NCBI GenBank assembly: GCA_051747585.1
Contig: JBNJGH010000002.1
Span: forward strand, 1,684 to 65,683
Length of the DNA stretch: 64,000 bases
Source: Candidatus Rifleibacteriota bacterium
Lineage (GTDB): Bacteria; Muiribacteriota; Ozemobacteria; Ozemobacterales; Ozemobacteraceae
Reading direction: 5' to 3'
Part shown: piece by piece, positions 55,174 to 64,000 of the stretch
Position numbering within the stretch: the first letter of the stretch is position 1
How the letters are laid out: each line of letters begins with the position of its first letter
Made by a program: the position numbers and the translations under genes
The notes under the pieces: model-generated
The model's database searches: none
What the model was told of the DNA's origin: nothing
The model's input: only the letters and a program-made list of their open reading frames with translations

Positions 55174-57285
55174 TTGGCAATATCGAACTCTGAACTTGGG
55201 GCACAACAACTGTTATCGGTTTTAACCGGAGAAAACGGCAGCCTGGCCTTAAGTTATCTACAGGAAATTGATTCTCGTAAGCCAACCAGAGACGAAGCCG
55301 CGATTCTTAAAAAGGCTTATTCAACAGTAAAAAAACCGGTTTTATCGTTTCAATTAAAAAAATCCCTACGCCTGGCTGCTTTCAGATTAAAAGGGGCAAA
55401 ATTTAAAGTATCCCTTGAAGGCATGGAAAAGCTGCTTAACGATACCAGCAGGCTCGACGATCTGGCACTCGCTATCGCCACGGTAGAAACCGCCGAAGCT
55501 TTTCTTGCAGCTGATATTATTAGAAGCTCTGAATGGCAGAATTTTCCCGCCGAGATTTTACCCAGTTTTTGTCAGTTTTTCAAAAAGCACGGCAACATTC
55601 GGGATTCCAATTCAATACAGGAGCTAACCAGGCATCCCGACCCCATTATTATAACTTCAGCACTTGCAGCACTGGAAAAAATCGATCCCGAAAATCTGCA
55701 AAGTATTATTATTCCACTACTTAACTCCCCTCAGACTCAGGTCAAAGCTCAGGCAATTCAAGCTTTTTATCGCTGGAACAAGCACCAGGCACTGCAACAT
55801 TTATTAAAAATGCTTTTTTCTAAAAAGGAGCAAGACGTAATTCTTGCCTTGCACCATGCAAACTATTTTCCATATCCCGAGCTGGAAAGCCATTTAATAA
55901 GGCTGTTAACTGAAGTTTCCAGCCCCCCTATATTGATGAGAATCAGTCAGATTTTAAAAAATAACGCAAATATCAATTTGCCTTTTAGAATTTACTGGGT
56001 AAACCGATCCTTAAGTGGGCAGCATAAAAGCCTGGTAAAAGGCATTTTGCTCGGAGTAGTTCGTTCGCTTGCAGATAAAAAAATAATTGAAGTTTCTGCC
56101 CAGGAATACCTCAACGACCTCAAAGAAAAAGTTCGCAAGGAAGAATTAAAACTAATAAAAGAATCTTGCAAAATTGAAGACGAAAGTGATTTTGACGAAT
56201 CGGATTCCCTGCTTCCTGCACTGGATGAACCTGAAAAAGCGCAACCTGAAAAACACGCTGCCGCTTCTGAAAAACCAGTAATTAAAGTTCCCAAAAAAGA
56301 TCCACAGCCTGGTTTTTCTGACTATGAAAATCTTAAACCACAGGAAAAAGTAAAATTTATTACCCGCTTACCGGAAAAAAGTTTCAAAGAAAATAAAAAC
56401 CAACTGGTTGAATTGCTCAAAACAAGTAAAAATAAAGAGCTGGCGGCCGTAATAAAAACCTTCGGCAAATATGGCTCAGAAGAAGATGCGGAACTTCTGG
56501 AAAAACATTTAAAAAGCGAAAACCCTGATGTTCTTTGTGCCGCAATAAAAACAATGGGCAAACTTGATACCGAGCAACTATGTCTTTATTTGCCACAATA
56601 TATGCAGGATAAAAACGGCAAAATAAGAATGACGGCAACCCGAACTTTTGTAACCATTGATCGGGAAAGTATAAGAAGCCTGCTTACCAGCTTGCTGACA
56701 TCGCCAAATGTAAAGCAAAGAACTCTTGGAATATCGACCTCTATGCTGGTAGATTTCAATATTGTCAGGCAACCATTGCTTGATTGTCTGGTCAAAGAAA
56801 ATTCAATAGAACTTCTGGAAAAAATCGGAATGGTTTTAGCCGCCAACCCCGACCGAGAGCTACTGTATTTTACTTACAAAGTCTCTAAAAACCCCAGACC
56901 CTCAATGAAGCAAGAGTTTGAGGAAATTGTAAATATGATTGCCCAAAAGCTTTCGGTTGTATTAAACAAAATCAATACCGCTGAAGAATTGATTGCCGAA
57001 GCCGAAAAAATTTATGAAGAAGAACGTGAAAAGGAAAAGAAAGAAAAAGAAGCCAGGCAAAAGAGCAACAACAAAGAAAAAGAAGCTGTCGACGGCGCTG
57101 AAATAGGTATTACCGAAGAACAGCTTCAAACTGAAGATAATTCAGTTCAGGCAATTTTCACCTCTTCAGACCAGGATGCAAAAGCCAAGAGAGCTAAAGC
57201 AACAGTAATTGTATGGGTGCTGGTTGCAGTAGCCTGGGGAGGCGCCATTGCTCTTTATCTAGTTAAATTTCTTACCGGAGAATAA
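55174..57285 (+). CDS. HEAT/PBS-lyase-repeat protein with an acidic/K-rich region and a C-terminal transmembrane anchor.
   Basis: Repeated helical HEAT-like units (DPIIITSALAALEKIDPEN, NPDVLCAAIKTMGKLD) and a C-terminal TM VIVWVLVAVAWGGAIALYLV. The start codon is uncertain (possibly a non-ATG start upstream). Confidence 0.5.
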   Translation: MAISNSELGAQQLLSVLTGENGSLALSYLQEIDSRKPTRDEAAILKKAYSTVKKPVLSFQLKKSLRLAAFRLKGAKFKVSLEGMEKLLNDTSRLDDLALAIATVETAEAFLAADIIRSSEWQNFPAEILPSFCQFFKKHGNIRDSNSIQELTRHPDPIIITSALAALEKIDPENLQSIIIPLLNSPQTQVKAQAIQAFYRWNKHQALQHLLKMLFSKKEQDVILALHHANYFPYPELESHLIRLLTEVSSPPILMRISQILKNNANINLPFRIYWVNRSLSGQHKSLVKGILLGVVRSLADKKIIEVSAQEYLNDLKEKVRKEELKLIKESCKIEDESDFDESDSLLPALDEPEKAQPEKHAAASEKPVIKVPKKDPQPGFSDYENLKPQEKVKFITRLPEKSFKENKNQLVELLKTSKNKELAAVIKTFGKYGSEEDAELLEKHLKSENPDVLCAAIKTMGKLDTEQLCLYLPQYMQDKNGKIRMTATRTFVTIDRESIRSLLTSLLTSPNVKQRTLGISTSMLVDFNIVRQPLLDCLVKENSIELLEKIGMVLAANPDRELLYFTYKVSKNPRPSMKQEFEEIVNMIAQKLSVVLNKINTAEELIAEAEKIYEEEREKEKKEKEARQKSNNKEKEAVDGAEIGITEEQLQTEDNSVQAIFTSSDQDAKAKRAKATVIVWVLVAVAWGGAIALYLVKFLTGE

Positions 57286-57309
57286 AAAGTTATTAATTTA
57301 AAACAATTT

Positions 57310-57894
57310 TTACCAACCCGATCTAACATAACTGGATGGATACTTAAGGTTATTATATCCGGCGGATGCACTAGCATAAGAACGATAAAATCTCAAATAA
57401 GAGCCATACACATAACCCCTGCGTAATGGAGCCAATAAAGCCTGAACCATATACCAGTTGCCCTGTTGTCCAAGAATATATACCTGCTCACCGGTTTTTA
57501 AAGTAGCTATAACATTGGAATTCTTCTTATTTTTTTTGCCGACAACATAGGGTTGAGAACGAACATTTAAATTACAAGACGAAACCGCAACCAGATTATT
57601 ATGCTGATAATACCAGTATAAACCATTCCAGACCGGCACAACCGGATGGGCCCAAGTAGCCGGAGTCGGCAATGTAGCAAGATTATAATAATTTGCATAG
57701 TATCCATCTACGGCATAAGCAGGCGCTGCATAAGGATAGTAAGAAGAAATACAAGGCCTTACAACTGTTGAAGAATTTACAAGCCCATATCCGTAATTTG
57801 TTGGAACAACAATATTTTTAGCGGCTAAATAAGCGGGTACATTTGTAAAAGCTGCAAGAATAAGGCATATAAATAAAATCCTTTTAATTGACAT
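57310..57894 (-). CDS. Secreted Tyr-rich protein with a C-terminal SH3b-like domain.
   Basis: Signal peptide ICLILAAFTNVPAYLAA, and NLNVRSQPYVVGKK...IATLKTGEQVYILGQQGNWYMV (SH3b-like). Confidence 0.45.
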   Translation of the reverse strand: MSIKRILFICLILAAFTNVPAYLAAKNIVVPTNYGYGLVNSSTVVRPCISSYYPYAAPAYAVDGYYANYYNLATLPTPATWAHPVVPVWNGLYWYYQHNNLVAVSSCNLNVRSQPYVVGKKNKKNSNVIATLKTGEQVYILGQQGNWYMVQALLAPLRRGYVYGSYLRFYRSYASASAGYNNLKYPSSYVRSGW

Positions 57895-57967
57895 CGTTTC
57901 TCCTCCTTGAAATACATCTAAATTAATAATACCTGTACATTTTTATTTTTCCTAATTTTTTAAATGC

Positions 57968-57995
57968 AAAAAAAGTTCCCGGCCTGAGCCGGGAA
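57968..57995 (-). terminator. Intrinsic terminator for the gene 58052..58606.
   Basis: Perfect hairpin ttcccggc-ctga-gccgggaa, with a T7 run immediately 3' on the minus strand (aaaaaaa on the plus strand). Confidence 0.75.
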
Positions 57996-58051
57996 TAAAG
58001 ATCGGGCTATTTAGCCGCGCATCCAAGGAAAGAGTAGACAATTAAATTGAA

Positions 58052-58606
58052 TCAAAAATGATCAGTTACAAATCCTTTAATAGAGCTGGAAAATTTAAAA
58101 TGATAATTTTCGTTATTTTTATTTCCATCGCCATCCCATCTACCATGGCAGAAAAACTTCAATTCAATATCAACATCGCCAAATTGCTTATAATAAGGGG
58201 CGTTTTTAAACAATAACCCATCGACAATACTGTCATTCGGAATTTTTGCGAGTCGGTTAACGCCGTCTTTTTTAACCGTAGGATGAAAAGAAATAATTCT
58301 GAGTTTCTGAGCCCTGTTTTTAAGTTCTTTTTTCATGGTTACAAAATCGCGATTTTCGCCATTAACACAAATATATAGATTAGTGAGGCCCTCCTGGGTA
58401 AGATAGCCGTTATAAAAAACGGTTATAGCCATTTCGCCCGGTCGGTTCAGCCAGTCTAATCTTACGGTCACTTCACCATCATCGTCTTTAATGGTTTGTG
58501 ACTGGGTCTCGATTATTTCCATATCTTTCATGGCCCCATACCCGGGAATTAGACTACAAATAAGAGCAATAATAGATGTTGCAAATATTTTTTTTAACTG
58601 GTTCAT
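58052..58606 (-). CDS. Secreted hypothetical protein.
   Basis: Signal peptide IFATSIIALICSLIPGYGA. No motif was recognised. Confidence 0.45.
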   Translation of the reverse strand: MNQLKKIFATSIIALICSLIPGYGAMKDMEIIETQSQTIKDDDGEVTVRLDWLNRPGEMAITVFYNGYLTQEGLTNLYICVNGENRDFVTMKKELKNRAQKLRIISFHPTVKKDGVNRLAKIPNDSIVDGLLFKNAPYYKQFGDVDIELKFFCHGRWDGDGNKNNENYHFKFSSSIKGFVTDHF

Positions 58607-58781
58607 GGCTTACCCCCCAAAACCTTTTAATTCGACCTTAGGAATAGCAATTCTCATGCCAACTATTAAAAGGCTTTTATAAAAGGGGTTTTACAAGAAA
58701 TTAATAAAAAGATTGAAAATTGCCTGGTCTATCAGCTCAATAAGTAAACGTTATGCTTTGTTTTTGCACAATTCAGATTTT

Positions 58782-59207
58782 TTACCATTTATTGTAGGGA
58801 ACATCATTGCTGCCAACTTTTTCAGAGCTTGATACAATATCAAAAACATTAACTCCATTGGTAATTTGTTTGCCAATTTCGTCGGTAGAAGATCTTACAC
58901 TCCAATTAGTTTTTCCTGTAATCGGGTCAACAGGGATTTTTCTTAGAAATCTATTCTCAACCAGTTCATTCAAACTTTTGGGATAGTATTCGTAATCTTC
59001 CAGACCACTATTTTCACCTGAATTTTTCTGATAAAAACGGTCAATGGCTTTTCGAACTGTTGCAAGTCTTTCTCTAAGAAGCCTTTCTTTTTCGTTTCTG
59101 ACAAAATTTTTGCTTAAAGGTAATGCCGTAGCAGACAAAACCCCAATAATAAGAGTACATACAACGAGTTCAATCAGGGTTAGACCGGTTTTTTCAGTAA
59201 TCGCCAT
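58782..59207 (-). CDS. Pseudopilin (prepilin-type N-terminal methylation domain). The start is revised to MAITEKTGLTLIEL.
   Basis: GLTLIELVVCTLIIGVLSATALP class-III signal motif. It is immediately downstream of the GspG-like gene. Confidence 0.6.
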   Translation of the reverse strand: MAITEKTGLTLIELVVCTLIIGVLSATALPLSKNFVRNEKERLLRERLATVRKAIDRFYQKNSGENSGLEDYEYYPKSLNELVENRFLRKIPVDPITGKTNWSVRSSTDEIGKQITNGVNVFDIVSSSEKVGSNDVPYNKW

Positions 59208-59607
59208 ATTTGAACCCTGCCTGATCGCGGTTTTGTGAAAAATCATTTCCCTTGCTGTTATATAAAAGAATCAGTCCCTTTTGATTGTCGAGATGGTATT
59301 TTCCACGGCCATTACTTCCGACCCATTCTTCGGGAACTCGCTTTAATTCGTCGCCTGCCAGATCATCGAGTGTTTCGGGAAAATTTCCGTTATTATCAAG
59401 AGAGTATCTGTAAACAGCGTTTCTCAGGACATCCAACTCTACTTTCAGCGCAGCGTCTTTTGAGCTTTTTAAAACTCTGGAATTATTGTAGCCGGCAACA
59501 CTTACGAGAATCCCTATTATTGAAACTACAACCAGCATCTCGATCAGGGTAAAACCACTTTTACCTGAGAAAATCTGTCTTTTCTTATTATTTTCAATAG
59601 GTTTCAT
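59194..59607 (-). CDS. gspG: Major pseudopilin, GspG/PulG-like.
   Basis: GFTLIEMLVVVSIIGILVSVA, plus LRNAVYRYSLDNNGNFPETLDDL resembling the GspG motif AIxxYxLDNGxYPTTEQGLxAL. Confidence 0.6.
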   Translation of the reverse strand: MKPIENNKKRQIFSGKSGFTLIEMLVVVSIIGILVSVAGYNNSRVLKSSKDAALKVELDVLRNAVYRYSLDNNGNFPETLDDLAGDELKRVPEEWVGSNGRGKYHLDNQKGLILLYNSKGNDFSQNRDQAGFKYGDY

Positions 59608-60175
59608 AATTAAAAAGATTTCTTTTTACTCCAGATGGCATTGTTCTCTCGCCTTTTACAAAAGTAACCGGAACAATTTTAAATTTCTTGTCGAACTTAA
59701 CCTTAAGTTTTCTCTGCAAAAGATTTAAAACTTTTTCAATTTCTTCAAGATTATCATTTTGTTCAATTACCGGGTGAGTTGCAAAGCGATAAAGTTCTTT
59801 GCTGATCGCAATAATCTGCTTAGTGGCCTTATCCTCATCTTTTTTCAAGGTAAGCAATATTCTATCGAGCTCATTTTTATGCCCTTTAAACATTGCAGTA
59901 AATTGCGGGAAATCATTAATCACCGGATTAATTTTTTCTTTAAGCTCTTTGATTATCGCAGGTTTAACCACTATTTTCTTTCTTTCCCCTAATTGGGGAA
60001 CTTCATGATCAGTTTCAAGAAAATATCTGTTTAAAGCTGTACTGTTTTCGTAAACCAGGGTACATATCAGAATAATGATCAAACCAATCAATACAGTTCT
60101 TTCTTTTGCCCTTAATCGAAGGGTATCAATAACATCTTCACGACGTTTAATTGTAAATTCACTTTTATTTTCCAT
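59594..60175 (-). CDS. Single-pass membrane protein in the pilus/T2SS-like cluster (PilP/GspC position).
   Basis: TM helix VLIGLIIILICTLVY. The gene overlaps both neighbours in an operon-like arrangement. No motif was verified. Confidence 0.35.
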   Translation of the reverse strand: MENKSEFTIKRREDVIDTLRLRAKERTVLIGLIIILICTLVYENSTALNRYFLETDHEVPQLGERKKIVVKPAIIKELKEKINPVINDFPQFTAMFKGHKNELDRILLTLKKDEDKATKQIIAISKELYRFATHPVIEQNDNLEEIEKVLNLLQRKLKVKFDKKFKIVPVTFVKGERTMPSGVKRNLFNYETY

Positions 60176-60702
60176 TATTTCACCAGTTGTTTCAGTTTAA
60201 CTTTATAATTTTTTCCTGAGGCTGCCACTATCTCCGAAAGAATTAAGGGATTAGGCAAACTCTCAAGCCCGGCAATAAAATGCCTTATATTTGAATAATC
60301 GGCCTCAAGACTCATGGAAATCGTGTAACAGGGAATGTTTAAGCCATCAAAGCTACTATTCAGCTCATATCTTACAAATTCAATAAAAACAAAGTTATAC
60401 TCAGCAACTTCATTTATTGCATTTATAATTTCAGGTAATTTAGAATTTTCGGGTAACTCTTTGTTAATATTTGCCAGCACTGCATCTAGTTTTTGAAGTT
60501 TAGTTCTTTGCTGCTTGTAAGTTTTTCGTCTTTTAAGATTTTTTCTGCTTTTGCGCAAAAGACTCTTATATTTACTAATTTGCCCGTTTAACTTTTCCTC
60601 TTGCGGTTCAATTAAAAAGGTCGGCAAAATTATGAGAATAACTAAAATAATGAGAGGAAAGGGAGCTTTTTCTTTTAATTTTCTAATTTCATTAGGATTC
60701 AT
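60175..60702 (-). CDS. pilO: PilO/GspM-like inner-membrane assembly protein.
   Basis: An N-terminal TM helix (PFPLIILVILIILPTFLI) and then a coiled-coil-like region. It sits after pilN in the pilMNO arrangement. Confidence 0.4.
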   Translation of the reverse strand: MNPNEIRKLKEKAPFPLIILVILIILPTFLIEPQEEKLNGQISKYKSLLRKSRKNLKRRKTYKQQRTKLQKLDAVLANINKELPENSKLPEIINAINEVAEYNFVFIEFVRYELNSSFDGLNIPCYTISMSLEADYSNIRHFIAGLESLPNPLILSEIVAASGKNYKVKLKQLVK

Positions 60703-61277
60703 CAGGGTAATGTCCCCCCTTCGCCGAGGTAGTCGACCTCAAGTTTAAAAGTAACCTCGGGGTTATTCAGTCCCACTCTCTGGTGCTGTTTTAAGCGTGG
60801 GTTCAAAAACATCTTGTTTTTAAACAGAATTTTTACAAAAGTGGTGAGATCTTTCAAAGATTCGGCATTACCTTCAATTGCCACTTTTACAAGTTTTTCA
60901 GGTATAATTCTTATACGACTGAACATAATGCTACCGGGAGTTACCTTTTCCAGCGAACTGAATATCAGGGTAGTAGAATGTTTTAAAGCTTCAGAAACTC
61001 TTCGATAATCAAGATAACTGCTTTCTTTTGTCACCAGTTCTTCTTTATCTGGCTTTATTTTTTTAATTTTTTCATAAAATTTGTCGTTTTTATCCTCTAA
61101 ATGTTTAAAAGACTTTTTATGAAAAGTGTTTAAAGATTTGGAAGTAAAATAATTGTAGCTCCAGAAAAACAGCAGAACCAGTGGTAATCCATAAAGAATC
61201 ATCAGAGAAGTCTTCAGCATGAAATTGCTGCCTTTTCTAAAAACTATTGAAGGTTTAAAGTTCAAATAATGTTTCAT
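60702..61277 (-). CDS. pilN: PilN-like type IV pilus assembly protein.
   Basis: A short cytoplasmic N-terminus (LNFKP, similar to the INLLP PilM-binding motif), a TM helix LMILYGLPLVLLFFWSY, and a periplasmic domain. It is directly downstream of pilM. Confidence 0.45.
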   Translation of the reverse strand: MKHYLNFKPSIVFRKGSNFMLKTSLMILYGLPLVLLFFWSYNYFTSKSLNTFHKKSFKHLEDKNDKFYEKIKKIKPDKEELVTKESSYLDYRRVSEALKHSTTLIFSSLEKVTPGSIMFSRIRIIPEKLVKVAIEGNAESLKDLTTFVKILFKNKMFLNPRLKQHQRVGLNNPEVTFKLEVDYLGEGGTLP

Positions 61278-61285
61278 ATCTTCCT

Positions 61286-62368
61286 CTACTTAGCAAGAAG
61301 CCCGATGCAAGGAGCAAATTCGGGACCTGAGTCTATTAAATCTTTTTTTAGTTTGCCGGCCAATGGTATTTCATTAAGCGGATTAAAGACCATACATCTG
61401 GTTGTACAAAACTCAGAAAGAAAGGCATCGAGACCTGAAATTTGAGCTCCTCCACCAGTTATGAATATTGAAGGCAAATGCGAAAGTCCGTATTTTTCCT
61501 GAAAAAATCTAAAGGTTACATTTATTTCTCTAAGCCAGTTGCCAAAAATTTTATCTATACGTTCACGTTTTCCTATCAGTTCAACGACCTCGCTTCTGGT
61601 AGAAGGGAAAAATTTCTCTTTTTCTTTTCGTTTTGCTGCGTTTTCGTGATTTAAAGAATCCAGCATGGCAATGGTCTGAGTGAATTCATCACCGGCAGAC
61701 TCTATGACCCTTTCATAAATTAAAGTTCCTTTACTGTATGCCTTTACGACAGTAGTTTCATGGCCAATATGCAGATTTATTACCGTCTGATCTACGCATT
61801 TATCAGGAAAAGCCTCTTCAAAAAGATTGAAAACGCCAAGCGAGGAAGTGTCAAATGCCATTACTTCAAGCTCAAGTTTTGTTGTCAAAGATGACAAAAC
61901 ATCAATAATATCCTTTTTTACTGCAGCCGCCATGATTCGATATGTATCCGGTTCTTCAGAATCCATGTCAGGCCCCAGTATTTGAAAATCAACCACCACT
62001 TCCATATTTTCGGGTACCGGCAGATTCTTTTCAATTCGCCAGCTCAAGAATTCGGGTGATTTTTTTTCGGTTTCACTTAGCTTCATATTCAGCAGGTGCA
62101 GTTTAACCCATCTATCTGGTAGACCTATGACTAAACCCTGTTTGGAATTTTTTATTTTCTTTGTAAGCCCGGCGATAATCTTCTTAAGTGCCTCTACATC
62201 TGAGACATGGGGGTGGGTAAAGTCGCCGCCAACAAGCCCCTCGGGGATGTCTTTCTTCAAAAGCTGTTTAACACGATAACCCTGTTTTGAAGGTCCGGGA
62301 TCGATTACAGCAAGTTTAACACAGCTGGTACCTATATCCATGGCTATTAAGTCTGTATAGAGGTTCAT
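61286..62368 (-). CDS. pilM: PilM-like actin-fold type IV pilus assembly ATPase-like protein.
   Basis: N-terminus IAMDIGTSCVKLAVID (the DIGxxxIK motif of PilM/FtsA-like proteins), ~360 aa, with a 4-nt overlap with the upstream ATPase gene. Confidence 0.65.
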   Translation of the reverse strand: MNLYTDLIAMDIGTSCVKLAVIDPGPSKQGYRVKQLLKKDIPEGLVGGDFTHPHVSDVEALKKIIAGLTKKIKNSKQGLVIGLPDRWVKLHLLNMKLSETEKKSPEFLSWRIEKNLPVPENMEVVVDFQILGPDMDSEEPDTYRIMAAAVKKDIIDVLSSLTTKLELEVMAFDTSSLGVFNLFEEAFPDKCVDQTVINLHIGHETTVVKAYSKGTLIYERVIESAGDEFTQTIAMLDSLNHENAAKRKEKEKFFPSTRSEVVELIGKRERIDKIFGNWLREINVTFRFFQEKYGLSHLPSIFITGGGAQISGLDAFLSEFCTTRCMVFNPLNEIPLAGKLKKDLIDSGPEFAPCIGLLAK

Positions 62369-64000
62369 TCGACTACCCCTTCCTCAAAAGTAACTCGGTT
62401 CATCTCTTCAAAGGTGGTCAATCCCTTTTCGACTTTTTTCCAACCGGCTTGCCTTAATGGAATCAAGCCCTGCCTCATTGCGGCACGGCGTATTTCCAGG
62501 GGCGACTGGCGAGTTAAAATCATCGATTTAATCTCAGGAGTCATTTCCAGAACTTCAAAAATACCGGAACGACCTTGATAACCTGTATCGTGACAATATC
62601 GACATCCTTTACCCTTTTTGAACTTAACATCTTTATGCTGTTCAAAATCTACGGTTAATCTTTTCATTTCTTCAGTGATGCTATTGTCGTCAATTAAGCA
62701 ATTTTTACAATTAAGCCTGATCAGGCGTTGTGACATAATCAAATTAAATGAGCTGACAAATTCATAAGGGTCAATTTTCATGTTTTCAAGCCTTGAAATC
62801 GCATCTATTACATTATTCGCATGAATGGAGCTAAAAACAAGATGACCTGTCAAAGCTGCATTAATAGCGATTTTAGCGGTTTCTGCATCACGTATTTCAC
62901 CAACCATAATTTTGTCGGGATCCTGCCTTACTATAGATCTAAGTCCCGAGCTAAAGGTTAGACCTTTTTTTTCATTGACCGCTATCTGAACAATATCAGG
63001 CAATTGATACTCAACCGGATCCTCAATAGTTATAAATTTATCTCTTGGTGTGTGAACAAATTTAATTGCAGAATAAAGAGTGGTAGTTTTACCTGATCCG
63101 GTAGGGCCGGCCACCAGGACCATTCCATAGGGCTTGGTAACATTTCGCTTAAACATCAGTAAATCATTGCCCACCAGCCCAAGCTTCTGTATATCAAGCC
63201 CAAGAGCAGATTTATCAAGAATTCTTAAAACAACGGTTTCACCAAAAATTGACGGCAACACCGAGACCCTGAAGTCAACATATCGGTCATCTATTTTAAG
63301 CTTGAACCTGCCATCCTGCGGAACCCTTTTTTCGGCGATATCCAATTGAGCCATGATTTTTAATCTTGAAATAACCGGGGTTCTGAATCTGGGCTCGACA
63401 TCCGACAAAACCTCAAAAAGAACCCCATCGATTCTATATTTCACTTTTAACTGAGATTCATAAACCTCAAAATGAATATCACTGGCTCTTTTTCTAACCC
63501 CTTTCAGCAAAATAGCATCAACCATCCTCACTACTGTGGTATCGCTGCCAAAACCACTCGCAGTAGCGATTCCCGGTGCGGGAGATTCATCTTCTTCTTC
63601 ATCTTCATCAACGACTTCCAGGGGAGGAAAGTTTTCCAGATCAGAAAAAACAACCTTAGAATCCAGGCTGGTTTCAACCATTAAAGATAAAAGTTTTTGC
63701 AGACTTACCCTTGAAGCCACAAGTGGCACAATTGGCAAACCCAGCTGAACTTCAAGCTCTTCTATGGCATCGACATTACCCGGATCAGCCATAATAAGAT
63801 GAATATCTTTATTGTATTTTTTATGGGGAATAAAACAATAATTTCGCATCAGAGCTACATCAATGCTGTTAAACAACTCATCATTAACTTCATAATTTGA
63901 AAGATCTACATATTCAATACCCAGTTCATGAGCAACCGCTCGAGCATACTCTTCTTCAGTTATAACCTTACGATCAATTAAAATCTGACCTATATTAGAA
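62365..64000 (-). CDS. gspE: GspE/PilB-family type II secretion / type IV pilus assembly ATPase (the N-terminus runs off the window; the ORF-track start at 63876 is internal).
   Basis: Walker A LVAGPTGSGKTTTLYS, Asp box, Walker B, His box (GEIRDAETAKIAINAALTGHLVFSSIHAN) and tetracysteine CKNC...CRYC. The minus-strand frame continues open through 63877-64000 (…LIDRKVITEEEYARAVAHELGIEYVDLSNYEVNDELFNSIDVALMRNYCF), which matches a T2SSE_N domain. Confidence 0.85.
   Translation of the reverse strand, partial: SNIGQILIDRKVITEEEYARAVAHELGIEYVDLSNYEVNDELFNSIDVALMRNYCFIPHKKYNKDIHLIMADPGNVDAIEELEVQLGLPIVPLVASRVSLQKLLSLMVETSLDSKVVFSDLENFPPLEVVDEDEEEDESPAPGIATASGFGSDTTVVRMVDAILLKGVRKRASDIHFEVYESQLKVKYRIDGVLFEVLSDVEPRFRTPVISRLKIMAQLDIAEKRVPQDGRFKLKIDDRYVDFRVSVLPSIFGETVVLRILDKSALGLDIQKLGLVGNDLLMFKRNVTKPYGMVLVAGPTGSGKTTTLYSAIKFVHTPRDKFITIEDPVEYQLPDIVQIAVNEKKGLTFSSGLRSIVRQDPDKIMVGEIRDAETAKIAINAALTGHLVFSSIHANNVIDAISRLENMKIDPYEFVSSFNLIMSQRLIRLNCKNCLIDDNSITEEMKRLTVDFEQHKDVKFKKGKGCRYCHDTGYQGRSGIFEVLEMTPEIKSMILTRQSPLEIRRAAMRQGLIPLRQAGWKKVEKGLTTFEEMNRVTFEEGVVE

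Noticed and set aside
1-64000. CRISPR arrays, tRNA/rRNA genes, integrases/transposases, toxin-antitoxin or restriction-modification genes
   Set aside because: I scanned all intergenic regions (>40 bp) and the ORF translations. I found no direct-repeat/spacer periodicity, no tRNA T-arm consensus (GGTTCGAATCC-like), and no recombinase, nuclease or methyltransferase motifs.

Overview
This is an AT-rich (~40% GC) bacterial chromosomal window that is densely coded, mostly on the minus strand. I found no tRNA or rRNA genes, no CRISPR array, and no transposase or integrase. Housekeeping genes I recognise are an aconitase-family hydratase, Lon protease followed by EngB (Bacillus-like lonA-ysxC synteny), HU, TrmB, an FAH-family hydrolase, an M14 carboxypeptidase, a CYTH protein, a sodium:neurotransmitter symporter (SNF/NSS) transporter and an LtaS-like sulfatase. 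Cell-envelope and signalling content is larger. An envelope-stress-like operon runs HD-GYP, secreted protein, ECF sigma, zinc anti-sigma, HtrA, PtsN-like EIIA. A second long operon runs GT4 glycosyltransferase, polysaccharide deacetylase, TPR protein, a 759-aa GspK-like protein, ECF sigma, zinc anti-sigma, GspI-like pseudopilin, GspJ-like pseudopilin, LysM protein. A type IV pilus / type II secretion-like core cluster lies at the right edge: GspE/PilB ATPase (runs off the window), PilM, PilN, PilO-like, a membrane protein, a GspG-like pseudopilin and a second pseudopilin. Large proteins include a 1472-aa TamB/AsmA-like protein, a 932-aa transporter-HEAT fusion, a cNMP-binding protein with a degenerate GGDEF domain, a DUF2723 membrane protein, and NHL-repeat and CarboxypepD_reg-repeat envelope proteins. 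A divergent GlyS-like protein has no adjacent glyQ. Non-coding content includes four copies of a ~200-bp miniature inverted-repeat transposable element (MITE)-like palindromic element, two of which flank the CYTH gene. There is a second short palindromic repeat family, several strong intrinsic-terminator hairpins, a compound multi-stem element with a 26-bp perfect stem upstream of the ltaS-like gene, and a (CTT)n coding repeat. Two partial genes run off the window ends and are missing from the supplied ORF track: a GHKL anti-sigma-kinase-like gene at the left edge and the GspE/PilB ATPase at the right edge. The most system-like novelty is an ECF sigma/anti-sigma pair embedded within a minor-pseudopilin (GspI/J/K-like) operon, combined with a separate ATPase-PilMNO-pseudopilin cluster that has no platform protein or secretin in view.
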